Source: an uncultured delta proteobacterium (lineage in GTDB: Bacteria > Myxococcota > Myxococcia > Myxococcales > Anaeromyxobacteraceae). Taken from it: a DNA stretch of 64,000 nucleotides. Both the position numbers and the translations under genes were made by a program. The notes under the pieces are model-generated. The model did no database searches. It was not told the origin of the DNA and saw only the letters and a program-made list of their open reading frames with translations. Below, piece by piece: positions 32,899 through 41,996 of this stretch (position 1 is the first letter of the stretch; every line of letters begins with the position of its first letter). The DNA lies in NCBI GenBank assembly GCA_963831265.1, contig CAWHPQ010000018.1, forward strand, positions 28,486 to 92,485, written 5' to 3'.

Positions 32899-33561
32899 TC
32901 ACTCCGGGAGAACGCCGCACAGGAGGACGCCCGCTGCCCGGAATGCCTCGCGGACGCGCGGATCCCTCGCCGCCGAGAGCTCGATCTCCCGCTCCGCGCC
33001 GAAGCCGGTCACGACGCGGGAAGGGGCGTGCCCGGGGTGGATCATGATCTCGCTCGTCCCGGGCCCCATCGCCCGGGCGGTGCTGGCCAGGCGTTCCGGC
33101 GTCCAGCAGGGACGGAGGTCGGCATCGCCCAGGAAGGTGTCACAGGCACGCCCCCCGGCCTCGCGGATCCGGTCCCTCATGTCCGGGTCCAGCGCCCGGA
33201 CGCGCAGCCGGAGCGGTCCCGCCACCCGGAGCAGCGCCCGGAGCACGGCCGGCTCGGCGTGGACGTGCCGGTGTCCGTCGACGTGCGACGGCGGAGCTCC
33301 CCGGATCTCGGCGAAGCGCCGGAGCTGCCGACGGATCTCCTCCCCGGCCTCGTCCTCCTGCGCGCCCGGCGAAAGCCGCAGGTGAAGCCCGATGGCGAGC
33401 GAGGCCGGGGCTCCGGCCAGTGCCTGGGCCGCGAACGGCCCGTCCACGAGCGCGCTCGCCGCCGTCACCACCCCGTCGCGATGGGCCTCGAGGATTCCCG
33501 CGTCGATGGACGGGTCGTAGCCCAGGTCGTCGGCGACCACCAGGGCCCGGCGGACCGTCAT
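32899..33561 (-). CDS. YdjC/ChbG-family carbohydrate deacetylase-like protein
   Basis: N-terminal ADDLGY and the HVDGHRHVH metal-site motifs of the YdjC family. Its start overlaps the upstream stop (ATGA). Confidence 0.8.
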   Translation of the reverse strand: MTVRRALVVADDLGYDPSIDAGILEAHRDGVVTAASALVDGPFAAQALAGAPASLAIGLHLRLSPGAQEDEAGEEIRRQLRRFAEIRGAPPSHVDGHRHVHAEPAVLRALLRVAGPLRLRVRALDPDMRDRIREAGGRACDTFLGDADLRPCWTPERLASTARAMGPGTSEIMIHPGHAPSRVVTGFGAEREIELSAARDPRVREAFRAAGVLLCGVLPE

Positions 33562-34631
33562 GCCGGGATCACGACCTCGAAGGAGGCCCCCTTCCCGGGC
33601 TCTCCCCTCGCCCGGATCCTCCCGCCGTGGGACTCGACGATCTCACGGGCGACGTAGAGCCCGAGCCCGAGCCCGGGGTAGTGGTGCGCCGGAGCGGCCC
33701 GCTCGAAGCGGCCGAAGATCCGCTCCGCCTGATCCGCCGGCAGCCCCACGCCCCGGTCCACCACCTCGACGCGAACTCCGCCGGCGGATCGCTCGACCCG
33801 GACCTCCACGGGCTTGCCCTCCCCGAACTTCACCGCATTCCCGAGCAGGTTGGCGAGAACCTGCTCGATGCGGACCCGGTCGAGGGAGGCGATCACGGGT
33901 TCGGGAGCCACGACGCGGATCGACGAGCCCCGGGCCAGGTCGAGGTCGGCCTGGTACGGGGCGGCCACCTCCCGCGCCAGCTCGGAGACGTCGACCTGCT
34001 CGCGGACGAGCTCCATGCGGCCGAGCCGGATGCGGGAGAGGTCGAGCAGCGCCTCGACCAGGTCGGCCAGGCGGCGTACCTGGCGGTCGAGCGCCTCCAC
34101 CCGCTCCTTCACCGGGCCGGGAGCGCCGGTTCGCTCCACCACCCGCTGGAGCAGCTGGAGTTGCACGTGGAGCGCGGTGACCGGGGTGCGCAGCTCGTGG
34201 GAGGCCACCGAGAGGAACTCGTCGCGGGCCCTGACCTCCTCCTTGGCCTGCCGGTAGAGCAGCGCCTTGGCCTCGACCCGGCGCCGCTCGGTCGCGTCGC
34301 GGATGGCGGCCACCGCCCAGGTGGTGTCCCCGGAGCGCAGCGGGGACAGGCTGATCTCCGCGGGGAACTCGCTGCCGTCCTTGCGAAGGGCGGTGAGGTC
34401 CACCCCCAGCCCCATGGGGCGCGGACGGGGTGCCTCGTGATAGCCGCGGCGCAGGCCGAGATGGGCACTCCGGTGGCGGGCCGGCATGAGCACCTCCACC
34501 GCCTGCCCGACGAGTTCGTCCCTCTCCCACCCGAAGAGCTGCACCGCCATGGCGTTCGCGTAGACGACCGTGCCGTTCCCGTCGGCGACGACGATCCCGT
34601 CGGGAACGAACTCGAGGAGGGAGAAGTCCAT
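33558..34631 (-). CDS. PAS-domain sensor histidine kinase (soluble)
   Basis: ATG at 34631 in track ORF 33558..35228. It has a PAS domain, the H-box SHELRTPVTAL, the N-box LGNAVKF and the G-box GLGLGLYVA. Confidence 0.85.
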   Translation of the reverse strand: MDFSLLEFVPDGIVVADGNGTVVYANAMAVQLFGWERDELVGQAVEVLMPARHRSAHLGLRRGYHEAPRPRPMGLGVDLTALRKDGSEFPAEISLSPLRSGDTTWAVAAIRDATERRRVEAKALLYRQAKEEVRARDEFLSVASHELRTPVTALHVQLQLLQRVVERTGAPGPVKERVEALDRQVRRLADLVEALLDLSRIRLGRMELVREQVDVSELAREVAAPYQADLDLARGSSIRVVAPEPVIASLDRVRIEQVLANLLGNAVKFGEGKPVEVRVERSAGGVRVEVVDRGVGLPADQAERIFGRFERAAPAHHYPGLGLGLYVAREIVESHGGRIRARGEPGKGASFEVVIPA

Positions 34632-34651
34632 GGCCGCCTTCCGGACGGCGC

Positions 34652-35314
34652 TCAGACGGCGGGGCGTCCCTGGGGCGCGTCGAAGTCGTAGATCGACTCG
34701 ACCCGCACGTTGCGATAACGCTCGAGCCTTAGCGCCATCCGGGAGAGCTGCGCCAGGAATTCGTCCGCGTCGGGCGCCTGTCCCGGGGGAGCCGCCTCGG
34801 AGAGGCGCCTTGCCTCCTTGAGGATGGGGCGGCGCACCTCCCGGGGGTGGTGGACGAAGGAGGAAGCGAAGTGAAGCTTCCCCTCGTGGGGCAGGAGCCG
34901 CGCCTCGAAGATGTCGCCCTTCGCGAGCGCCACCACCGCGCGCCGCTCCACCACCTCGTGCCGGGCTCCCCCGAGCACCTCCGCGAGTTCCATCGCACCG
35001 GGCCGGATCTTGAGGACCTCGAAGAGTGCCCTGCGGCTGCGCCCCAGTTCGCGCATCTGGGCCCGTTCGTCGGTGGTGAGGCCGGTGGCCCCGTCGCGGA
35101 GGAAGAGGTCGATGGTCCGGTTCTGCCCGTCGGGGCGGAAGTCGTACAGGTAGTGCTCGAGAAGCCCGTTCATCCGGTTTTCGTAGCTCTTGTCCTCCTC
35201 GTGCGGCTCTCCCACCCGCGCGAACCATCCCCGCCGCGCCTCCAGGAGCCAGGGCTGACGCTCCTCCGCGCCGGCCCAGGCGAGGAGACGGTCGTGCAGT
35301 TCCATCAGGGTCAC
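34652..35314 (-). CDS. Hypothetical protein
   Basis: A 220-aa ORF with high GC3. The GTG at 35314 overlaps the carA stop (GTGA); an alternative ATG lies at 35305. I recognise no family. Confidence 0.55.
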   Translation of the reverse strand: MTLMELHDRLLAWAGAEERQPWLLEARRGWFARVGEPHEEDKSYENRMNGLLEHYLYDFRPDGQNRTIDLFLRDGATGLTTDERAQMRELGRSRRALFEVLKIRPGAMELAEVLGGARHEVVERRAVVALAKGDIFEARLLPHEGKLHFASSFVHHPREVRRPILKEARRLSEAAPPGQAPDADEFLAQLSRMALRLERYRNVRVESIYDFDAPQGRPAV

Positions 35315-36432
35315 CGGCGCTGCTCCATCATCCCGACGAAGCGCGCGAAGAGGTGGCGCGCATCGTGCGGCCCCGGGGACGACTCCGGGTGGTACTGCAC
35401 GCCGAAGGCCCCCGCGTCGATCGCCTCGATGCCCTCGACCGTGCCGTCGTTCAGGTTGACGTGGGAGACCCGGGCCCGGTTTCCGAGGGAACCGTCGTCG
35501 ACCGCGAAGCCGTGGTTCTGTGCGGTGATGTCCACCTTGCCGGTGGAGAGGTCCTTCACGGGCTGGTTCGCCCCGCGGTGACCGAACTTGAGCTTGTAGG
35601 TGGAGGCGCCGAGCGCCAGCGCGAGGATCTGGTGCCCGAGGCAGATGCCGAAGACCGGGACCTTCCCGAGCAATGCCGCGACGGTGTCCCTGGCCCCCAC
35701 CACGGCAGCCGGATCGCCCGGTCCGTTGGTGAGGAAGACCCCGTCGGGGTGAAGGGCGAGCGCGGCCGCGGCCGTCGTCCGGCTGGGGACCACGGTGATC
35801 CGGCAGCCCGCCTCGGCGAGAAGGCGGAGCATCGCCCGCTTGAGGCCCCAGTCGTAGGCGACCACGTGGAAGCGAGGGCTCTCGACCTCGTTCCGGGCGT
35901 CGTCGCTCCAGGCGTCGGCGCCGCCCTCGCTCCAGGCGTACGGCTCCGGTGTCGAGATGCGGGTGGCGAGGTCCTGCCCTTCCATTCCGGGGAGCGACCG
36001 GGCCCGCTCGACGAGCGCCTGCGGGCTGCCCTCGCTGGCGATGACCCCCATCTGAGCACCGGTGGTTCGGATGTGGCGCGTGAGGCGGCGCGTGTCGATC
36101 CCATGGATGCCCACGATCCCGTGACGGACCAGGTAGGCCTCGATGCCCTCCTCGGCGCGGAAGCTGGAGGGCTCCCGCGCGAAGTGGCGCACGATGAAGC
36201 CGGTGGGATGCGGCCTGGAGGATTCCTCGTCGCAGCGGTTGGTCCCGTAGTTGCCCTGCTCCGGATAGGTCATGCAGACCATCTGGCCCACGTAGGAAGG
36301 GTCGGTGAGGATCTCCTGATAGCCCGTCATGGAGGTGTTGAACACCACCTCGCCGCAGGTCTCCCCCGCGGCCCCGAAGGCCTGACCCTCGAAGACCGTG
36401 CCGTCGGCGAGCGCGAGCGTCGCCCGCCTCAC
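35311..36432 (-). CDS. carA: Carbamoyl-phosphate synthase small (glutaminase) subunit
   Basis: GTG at 36432 overlaps the pyrC stop (GTGA). It has the N-terminal LADGTVFEG motif and the class I amidotransferase motifs GICLGHQ and QYHPE. Confidence 0.92.
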   Translation of the reverse strand: MRRATLALADGTVFEGQAFGAAGETCGEVVFNTSMTGYQEILTDPSYVGQMVCMTYPEQGNYGTNRCDEESSRPHPTGFIVRHFAREPSSFRAEEGIEAYLVRHGIVGIHGIDTRRLTRHIRTTGAQMGVIASEGSPQALVERARSLPGMEGQDLATRISTPEPYAWSEGGADAWSDDARNEVESPRFHVVAYDWGLKRAMLRLLAEAGCRITVVPSRTTAAAALALHPDGVFLTNGPGDPAAVVGARDTVAALLGKVPVFGICLGHQILALALGASTYKLKFGHRGANQPVKDLSTGKVDITAQNHGFAVDDGSLGNRARVSHVNLNDGTVEGIEAIDAGAFGVQYHPESSPGPHDARHLFARFVGMMEQRR

Positions 36433-37736
36433 CGGGGATCTCCCGTCTGGTGGACCAGGCGTCCCCCCACGAAGGCGTGGGTACAACGACCGGTGAGCGT
36501 CCGCCCCTTCCACGGGGTGTTCCGGCTCTTGCTGAAGCCGCGCATCGGGTCGACCACCCAGGAAGCCCCTGGATCGAGGATGGCGACGTCCCCAGGCGCG
36601 CCCGGTGCCAAGGTCCCGCCGGGCAGCCCGAAGCAGCGCGCAGGACCTGCCGTGAACGCCTCGACGAGACGATTCTCGGTGAGCAGCCCCTGGCGCACGA
36701 GCTCGAGGCAGACCGGGAAGGCGGTCTCGAGGCCGAGGACGCCGTTCAGCGCGGCGTCGAACTCGAGCTTCTTCTCCTCCGGCGAGTGCGGCGCATGGTC
36801 GGTCGCGATGGCGTCGATGGTCCCGTCGGCGAGCCCCGCGCGCAGCGCCTTCACGTCGTCCGCCGAGCGGAGCGGCGGGTTCATCTTGTAGTCGGGGTCG
36901 TAGTCGCTCGCGGCGACGTCCTCGTCGGTGAGGGCCAGGTGGTGCGGCGTCACCTCGGCGGTGACCGGGAGGCCCCGCCGCTTCGCGTCGCGGAGCGCTC
37001 GGACGCTCCCCTCCGTGGAGACGTGGCAGAGGTGCAGCCGCCCCCCGGTGAGCTCCAGGAGAGAGAGGTCGCGCAGCACCATGACGTCCTCGGCCTGCGC
37101 CGGGATCCCCCGGAGCCCCAGCCGCGTGGCGGTCGCGCCCTCGTTCATGACGCCCTTGCCGACGAGGTGCAGGTCCTCCTCGTGGACCGCCAGCGGCAGG
37201 CCGAAGGCGCGCGCGTACTCGAGCGCACGCCTCATGAGGCCGGGCGACATCACCGGACTCCCGTCGTCGGAGAGGGCCACGCACCCCGCCGCCCGGAGCT
37301 CGCCGTATTCGGCCAGCTCCTCGCCCTTGCGCCCCTTGCTCAACGCACCCACCGGGTAGACGCGGGCCAGGCCGGCGGCGGCGGCGCGCGCCAGCATGAG
37401 CTCGGTCACGCTGGTGTTGTCGTTGGCGGGAACGGTGTTGGGCATGGCGCAGACGGAGGTGAAGCCGCCCGCCACGGCGGCGCGCGTCCCGGTGGCGATC
37501 GACTCCTTGTACTCCTGCCCCGGCTCGCGCAGGTGCACGTGGAGGTCGATGAAGCCCGGGGTCACCCACCTGCCGCGGGCATCCACCACCCGCGCCCCGG
37601 AGGGCGCCTCGACCCGCTCCGCGACCGCCGCGACCTTGCCGTCGCGCAGGAGCACGGTCCGGATCCCGTCGACCCCGCTCTGCGGATCGATGACCCGCCC
37701 GCCCTGGATGACGACCACGTCGATCGGATTGCTCAT
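36429..37736 (-). CDS. pyrC: Dihydroorotase
   Basis: The ATG is codon 195 of track ORF 36429..38318 ([13 protein letters not shown]). Motifs present: [17 protein letters not shown]. Confidence 0.92.
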   Translation of the reverse strand: MSNPIDVVVIQGGRVIDPQSGVDGIRTVLLRDGKVAAVAERVEAPSGARVVDARGRWVTPGFIDLHVHLREPGQEYKESIATGTRAAVAGGFTSVCAMPNTVPANDNTSVTELMLARAAAAGLARVYPVGALSKGRKGEELAEYGELRAAGCVALSDDGSPVMSPGLMRRALEYARAFGLPLAVHEEDLHLVGKGVMNEGATATRLGLRGIPAQAEDVMVLRDLSLLELTGGRLHLCHVSTEGSVRALRDAKRRGLPVTAEVTPHHLALTDEDVAASDYDPDYKMNPPLRSADDVKALRAGLADGTIDAIATDHAPHSPEEKKLEFDAALNGVLGLETAFPVCLELVRQGLLTENRLVEAFTAGPARCFGLPGGTLAPGAPGDVAILDPGASWVVDPMRGFSKSRNTPWKGRTLTGRCTHAFVGGRLVHQTGDPR

Positions 37737-38686
37737 GCCGAAACCTTCTCCGAGCGGTCCTCTCCGGCGTCGCCGGCGAGGAGGTAGAGGATGGCCATCC
37801 GGACGGCCACGCCGTTCTGGACCTGGTCGAGGATCACGCTGCGCGGCCCGTCCGCGACGTCGGAGGAGAGCTCCACGCCGCGGTTGATGGGGCCGGGGTG
37901 CAGGATCACCGCCTCGGGCTTGAGCCACTCGGCCGCCTTCTTGGCGTTCAACCCCCAGTACTTGGAGTACTCCCGGGTGTTGGGGATGAGCGGGTCGCCG
38001 ATTCGCTCGTGCTGGATGCGCAGCATGACGACCGCGTCGGCCCCCTCGACCGCGGTGCGCAGGTCGTGATGCACCGTGGCACCGAGCCGCTCGACCCCTT
38101 GCGGGATCATGGTGGGGGGGCCGCACAGGCGAACCTTCACTCCCAGCTTGGGAAGGGCATGGAGGTCGGAGCGGGCCACCCGCGAATGGCTGATGTCTCC
38201 CACGATGGCCACGGTGCGCCCTTCCAGGCTTCCGAAGCGTTCGCGCAGGGTGAAGCAGTCGAGCAGGCCCTGGCTGGGGTGCTCGTGCGCCCCGTCGCCG
38301 GCGGAGACCACCGCGCATCCCACGTGGCGGGCCAGGAAGTTGGGGGCCCCGCTGGCGGAGTGGCGGACCACCAGCACGTCCGGGCGCATGGCCTCGAGGT
38401 TCTTCGCCGTGTCGAGCAGCGTCTCGCCCTTGGTGGTGGAAGACTGCGCCGCCGTCCAGTTGAGCGAGTCGGCCGAGAGCACCTTCGCGGCGATCTCGAA
38501 GGAGCTGCGGGTGCGCGTGGAGGTCTCGAAGAAGAGGTTCACCACGTTCTTGCCGCGCAGCGACGGCACCTTCTTCACGGGGCGCGACAGCACCTCCTTC
38601 ATGGAGGTGGCGAGATCGAGCACCTGCAGGATCTCCTCGCGGGAGAGCCCTTCCAGCCCGATGAGGTGGCGATGGCGTCCGATCAC
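37733..38686 (-). CDS. pyrB: Aspartate carbamoyltransferase catalytic subunit
   Basis: GTG at 38686 overlaps the pyrR stop (GTGA) behind GGGAGGAAG. Motifs present: STRTR, HPSQ, HPGP. Confidence 0.92.
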   Translation of the reverse strand: MIGRHRHLIGLEGLSREEILQVLDLATSMKEVLSRPVKKVPSLRGKNVVNLFFETSTRTRSSFEIAAKVLSADSLNWTAAQSSTTKGETLLDTAKNLEAMRPDVLVVRHSASGAPNFLARHVGCAVVSAGDGAHEHPSQGLLDCFTLRERFGSLEGRTVAIVGDISHSRVARSDLHALPKLGVKVRLCGPPTMIPQGVERLGATVHHDLRTAVEGADAVVMLRIQHERIGDPLIPNTREYSKYWGLNAKKAAEWLKPEAVILHPGPINRGVELSSDVADGPRSVILDQVQNGVAVRMAILYLLAGDAGEDRSEKVSA

Positions 38687-39219
38687 GGCTTCCTCCCCTC
38701 GCGGACCACCACCGAATCCTCGGCGGCTCCGGTCTCTCGCCACTGCACCTGCACGTCGTCCCCCTCCGGGACGTCGAGCTGGACGCCGGCGAAATCTGCC
38801 GAGATGGGAAGCTCTCGCCCTCCGCGGTCGACCAGGACCGCCAGCCAGACGCGGCGCGGACGGCCGAAGTCGACCAGCTCGTCGAGGGCGGCTCGGATGG
38901 TCCTGCCGGTGTAGAGGACGTCGTCGGCGAGGACGATGGTCCGCCCCTCCAGAGGGAAGCGAACGTCGGTGGGCCCGACCACGGGGGCGGCCCCCCGCTG
39001 CCCCAGGTCGTCGCGGTAGAGCGCGATGTCGAGCGTCCCCAGGGGCGGCGGAGACCCCGTCACCTTCCCGATCTCGGCGCGGATCCGCTCGGCGAGCGGC
39101 ACTCCCCCTCGCCGGATTCCCACGAAGGCCAGCTTCTCCAGCGATCCCTGGTCCCGCGCACGTTCCAGCACCTGGTGGGCGATCCGCTGCACCGCCCGCT
39201 CCACGGCCTCTGCGTTCAT
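38683..39219 (-). CDS. pyrR: Bifunctional pyrimidine operon regulator / uracil phosphoribosyltransferase PyrR
   Basis: 178 aa with the PRPP motif [12 protein letters not shown]. It is preceded by the strong SD GGGGGAGGGGGAG. Confidence 0.92.
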   Translation of the reverse strand: MNAEAVERAVQRIAHQVLERARDQGSLEKLAFVGIRRGGVPLAERIRAEIGKVTGSPPPLGTLDIALYRDDLGQRGAAPVVGPTDVRFPLEGRTIVLADDVLYTGRTIRAALDELVDFGRPRRVWLAVLVDRGGRELPISADFAGVQLDVPEGDDVQVQWRETGAAEDSVVVREGRKP

Positions 39220-39241
39220 GTCGTCTTCTCCCCCTCCCCCG

Positions 39242-39706
39242 TCACCTTGCCGGGCCCCAGTCGGCCCGCTTGAGGTCCATGGTCAGGTCCACCCGGTACA
39301 CACGCTCGACGACCCGGTCGAGCCAGGGGAGCTCGAGCGTGCGGGGGTACTCGAAGGCGACGTGCAGCGAGGGTGCGGACGTCGACCGCTCCCAGACGAC
39401 GTCCTCCTTGTGGAGGTCGACGACCGGGATCCGCGCGGGTCGCCCGGCCTCGTCCACGCCGGCGACGCTGTCCAGGCTGCGGATCTTCTGCACCATGGAC
39501 ACGATCTGCCGCTCGTCGTCCGGGTTCTTGATCGCCTGGTTGCCGTAGTCGCGGACCACCTGCTTCACCTCGTAGTGGAGCACCGCGGGCGGGACGAAGA
39601 CCACCGCGGCGTAGGCCCCGGCGGCCAGTCCCAGCACGAGGAGCACCGTCACCCAGCTCGCGGTCCCACGTTCTAGCCGCCCCCTCCGACATCGGGAAGC
39701 GGGCAT
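39242..39706 (-). CDS. Membrane-anchored hypothetical protein
   Basis: ATG at 39706 (in frame in track ORF 39242..40513). It has a single N-terminal TM helix (WVTVLLVLGLAAGAYAAVVFV) followed by about 110 aa of soluble sequence. I recognise no family. Confidence 0.55.
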   Translation of the reverse strand: MPASRCRRGRLERGTASWVTVLLVLGLAAGAYAAVVFVPPAVLHYEVKQVVRDYGNQAIKNPDDERQIVSMVQKIRSLDSVAGVDEAGRPARIPVVDLHKEDVVWERSTSAPSLHVAFEYPRTLELPWLDRVVERVYRVDLTMDLKRADWGPAR

Positions 39707-39735
39707 GCGGGTCGTCTCCTGGACGTGCGTCACGA

Positions 39736-41541
39736 TCAATCCTCCACCTTCAGCACCGCGAGGAACGCCTCCTGCGGGATCTCCACCTGTCCGACCTGCT
39801 TCATGCGCTTCTTCCCCTCCTTCTGCTTCTCGAGGAGCTTTCGCTTGCGGCTGATGTCCCCACCGTAGCACTTGGCCAGCACGTTCTTGCGGTAGGCCTT
39901 GACCGTCTCCCGCGAGATGACCTTGGCGCCGATCGCGGCCTGGATGGCGACCTCGTACATCTGCTTGGGGATGACCTCGCGCAGCTTCTGGCAGTTGTCG
40001 CGCCCGCGCTGGTAGGCCCGTTCCCGGTGCACGATGACCGAGAGCGCGTCGACGGGCTCCCCGTTGATGAGGATGTCCAGCCGGACCAGGTCGGCCTCCT
40101 GGTAGCCGAGCAGCTCGTAGTCGAGGGAGGCGTAACCGCGGGAGATGCTCTTCAGCTTGTCGAAGAAGTCGAAGACCACCTCGGCGAGCGGGATCTCGTA
40201 GGTGATCTGCACCCGCCGCGTGCCGATGTACTTGAGGTCGCGCTGGACGCCGCGCCGGTCCTGGCAGAGCTTGAGGATGGCGCCCACGTCGTCGGTCCGG
40301 CCGTGGATGTGGCAGGTGAGGATGGGCTCCTCGAAGGTGGCGATCTTCTGGACCGGCGGGAGCTTGGCGGGGTTGTCGATCTCCACCACCTCGCCCTGCG
40401 TGTTGGTGATCCGGTAGACCACCGAGGGCGCGGTGGTGATGAGGGTGAGGTTGTACTCCCGCTCGAGCCGCTCCTGGACGATCTCCATGTGGAGCAGCCC
40501 CAGGTAGCCGCATCGGAACCCGAATCCCAGCGCCTGGCTGGTCTCCGGCTCGAAGGTGAAGGCCGAGTCGTTGAGCCGCAGCTTGACGAGCGCGTCGCGC
40601 AGCTGGTCGTAATCGGCGGCGTCGACCGGGAAGACGCCGCTGAAGACCATGGGCTTCACGACCTTGAAGTCCGGGTACGGGGTGGCGGTGGGGCGCCGGG
40701 CCTCGGTGATGGTGTCGCCCACCTTGGCGTCGTGGACGTCCTTCACGTTGGCCACCACCACGCCCACCTCGCCGGCCTGGAGCTGCTGCACGGGCCTCGA
40801 GAACGGGGAGAAGACGCCCAGCCCCTGCACCTCGAACTCCTTCCTGTTGGCGAAGAGCAGGATCTGCTGGCCGGGCCGGAGCGAGCCCTCGAAGACCCGG
40901 ACCAGCATGACCACGCCCCGGTAGGTGTCGTACCAGGAGTCGAAGATGATGGCCTTGAGGGGGGCCTCCGGGTCGCCCGAGGGCGGCGGCACCTTCTTCA
41001 CCACCTGCTCCAGGATCTCCTCGATGCCGATGCCCTCCTTGGCGCTGGTGGGGACCGCGTCCTTGGCATCGAGGCCGATCACCTCCTCGATCTCCTGGCG
41101 CACCGCCTCGACGTCGGCGCTGGGCAGGTCGATCTTGTTGATGACCGGGATGATCTCCAGGTCGTGATCGAGCGCCTGGTAGACGTTGGCGAGGGTCTGC
41201 GCCTCCACGCCCTGCGTCGCATCGACCACCAGGACCGCCCCCTCGCAGGCGGCCAGGGAACGGGAGACCTCGTACGCGAAGTCCACGTGACCCGGAGTGT
41301 CGATGAGGTTGAGGACGTAGTCCTTGCCGTCCCTCGCCCGGTAGTTCATTCGGACGGTCTGGGCCTTGATGGTGATGCCCCGCTCCCGCTCGAGCTCCAT
41401 GTTGTCGAGGAACTGGGCCTGGGCCTCCCGCTTCGAGACCGTCCCGGTGAACTCGAGGAGGCGGTCGGCGAGCGTCGACTTTCCGTGGTCGATGTGCGCG
41501 ATGATCGAGAAGTTTCGGATGTTCTGGTTCGAGTCAGCCAT
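39736..41541 (-). CDS. lepA: Elongation factor 4
   Basis: The ATG is codon 50 of track ORF 39736..41688 ([24 protein letters not shown]). It has the GTPase G1-G4 motifs and the LepA C-terminal domain. Confidence 0.95.
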   Translation of the reverse strand: MADSNQNIRNFSIIAHIDHGKSTLADRLLEFTGTVSKREAQAQFLDNMELERERGITIKAQTVRMNYRARDGKDYVLNLIDTPGHVDFAYEVSRSLAACEGAVLVVDATQGVEAQTLANVYQALDHDLEIIPVINKIDLPSADVEAVRQEIEEVIGLDAKDAVPTSAKEGIGIEEILEQVVKKVPPPSGDPEAPLKAIIFDSWYDTYRGVVMLVRVFEGSLRPGQQILLFANRKEFEVQGLGVFSPFSRPVQQLQAGEVGVVVANVKDVHDAKVGDTITEARRPTATPYPDFKVVKPMVFSGVFPVDAADYDQLRDALVKLRLNDSAFTFEPETSQALGFGFRCGYLGLLHMEIVQERLEREYNLTLITTAPSVVYRITNTQGEVVEIDNPAKLPPVQKIATFEEPILTCHIHGRTDDVGAILKLCQDRRGVQRDLKYIGTRRVQITYEIPLAEVVFDFFDKLKSISRGYASLDYELLGYQEADLVRLDILINGEPVDALSVIVHRERAYQRGRDNCQKLREVIPKQMYEVAIQAAIGAKVISRETVKAYRKNVLAKCYGGDISRKRKLLEKQKEGKKRMKQVGQVEIPQEAFLAVLKVED

Positions 41542-41714
41542 CGGGTCGGGGCTTTCTAGCACGCGATACCGACCGAGACACCTCCCGCACACTCCCCGGA
41601 TGACGCTTTGCGTCACCGAAGAAAGGTACACGCCTCGGGGGGAACCTCGCCGGGGGCCGGAAGCCCGACCCTGGGACGTTCCCCACATCGTCCCACCTCA
41701 AGATCCGGCCAAAT

Positions 41715-41730
41715 TCACCGCATCTGGTGC
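41715..41730 (+). promoter_or_regulatory. Candidate NrdR box 1 (degenerate)
   Basis: TCACCGCATCTGGTGC matches about 9/16 positions of the acaCwAtATaTwGtgt consensus. Its centre lies exactly 32 bp from box 2, the usual tandem spacing. Confidence 0.4.
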
Positions 41731-41746
41731 CTGTCAAGACCATACC

Positions 41747-41762
41747 CCACAATATATTGTGG
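41747..41762 (+). promoter_or_regulatory. NrdR box 2
   Basis: CCACAATATATTGTGG is a perfect 16-bp palindrome matching 14/16 positions of the NrdR box consensus, 235 nt upstream of nrdJ. It overlaps a possible -10 (TATATT). Confidence 0.7.
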
Positions 41763-41996
41763 TTCCCCGCCTTGACTCCCGTCTCCCTCTGGATATCGTC
41801 CGCCATCGCCAGCCGGGGTGGAGTCGACGGACCCGGCAGGCCGGTGCAGGCGACGGGGCGAAGGCGCCCCCGTGTCAGAGGCGACGGGTATTGCCTCCGG
41901 TCCGCAGGACGGTGGCAGGGGATGGGAAACGGGGCAAAGGGCGACGTCGCTTCATGCCCCACGCAGGCCGGGAGAGGGCCGGTCGGGAGGTCGAAG

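Noticed and set aside
39220-39241. Expected PyrR-binding attenuator upstream of pyrR
   Set aside because: Only 22 nt separate pyrR from the upstream gene, and they are a pure SD (GGGGGAGGGGGAG). No ARUCCAGAGAGGYU-like binding loop or terminator/antiterminator pair is present here.
41806-41996. Possible cobalamin riboswitch in the nrdJ leader (GGGAAAC, GGUGCAGG, GCGCCCCCG, AGGCCGGGAGAGGGCCGG elements)
   Set aside because: The pieces resemble parts of the B12 element only loosely. I could not align a B12 box (rAGYCMGgAgaCCkGCc) without insertions. B12 repression of a B12-dependent enzyme would also be illogical. I keep it only as an unexplained structured leader, and cmsearch with RF00174 would settle it.
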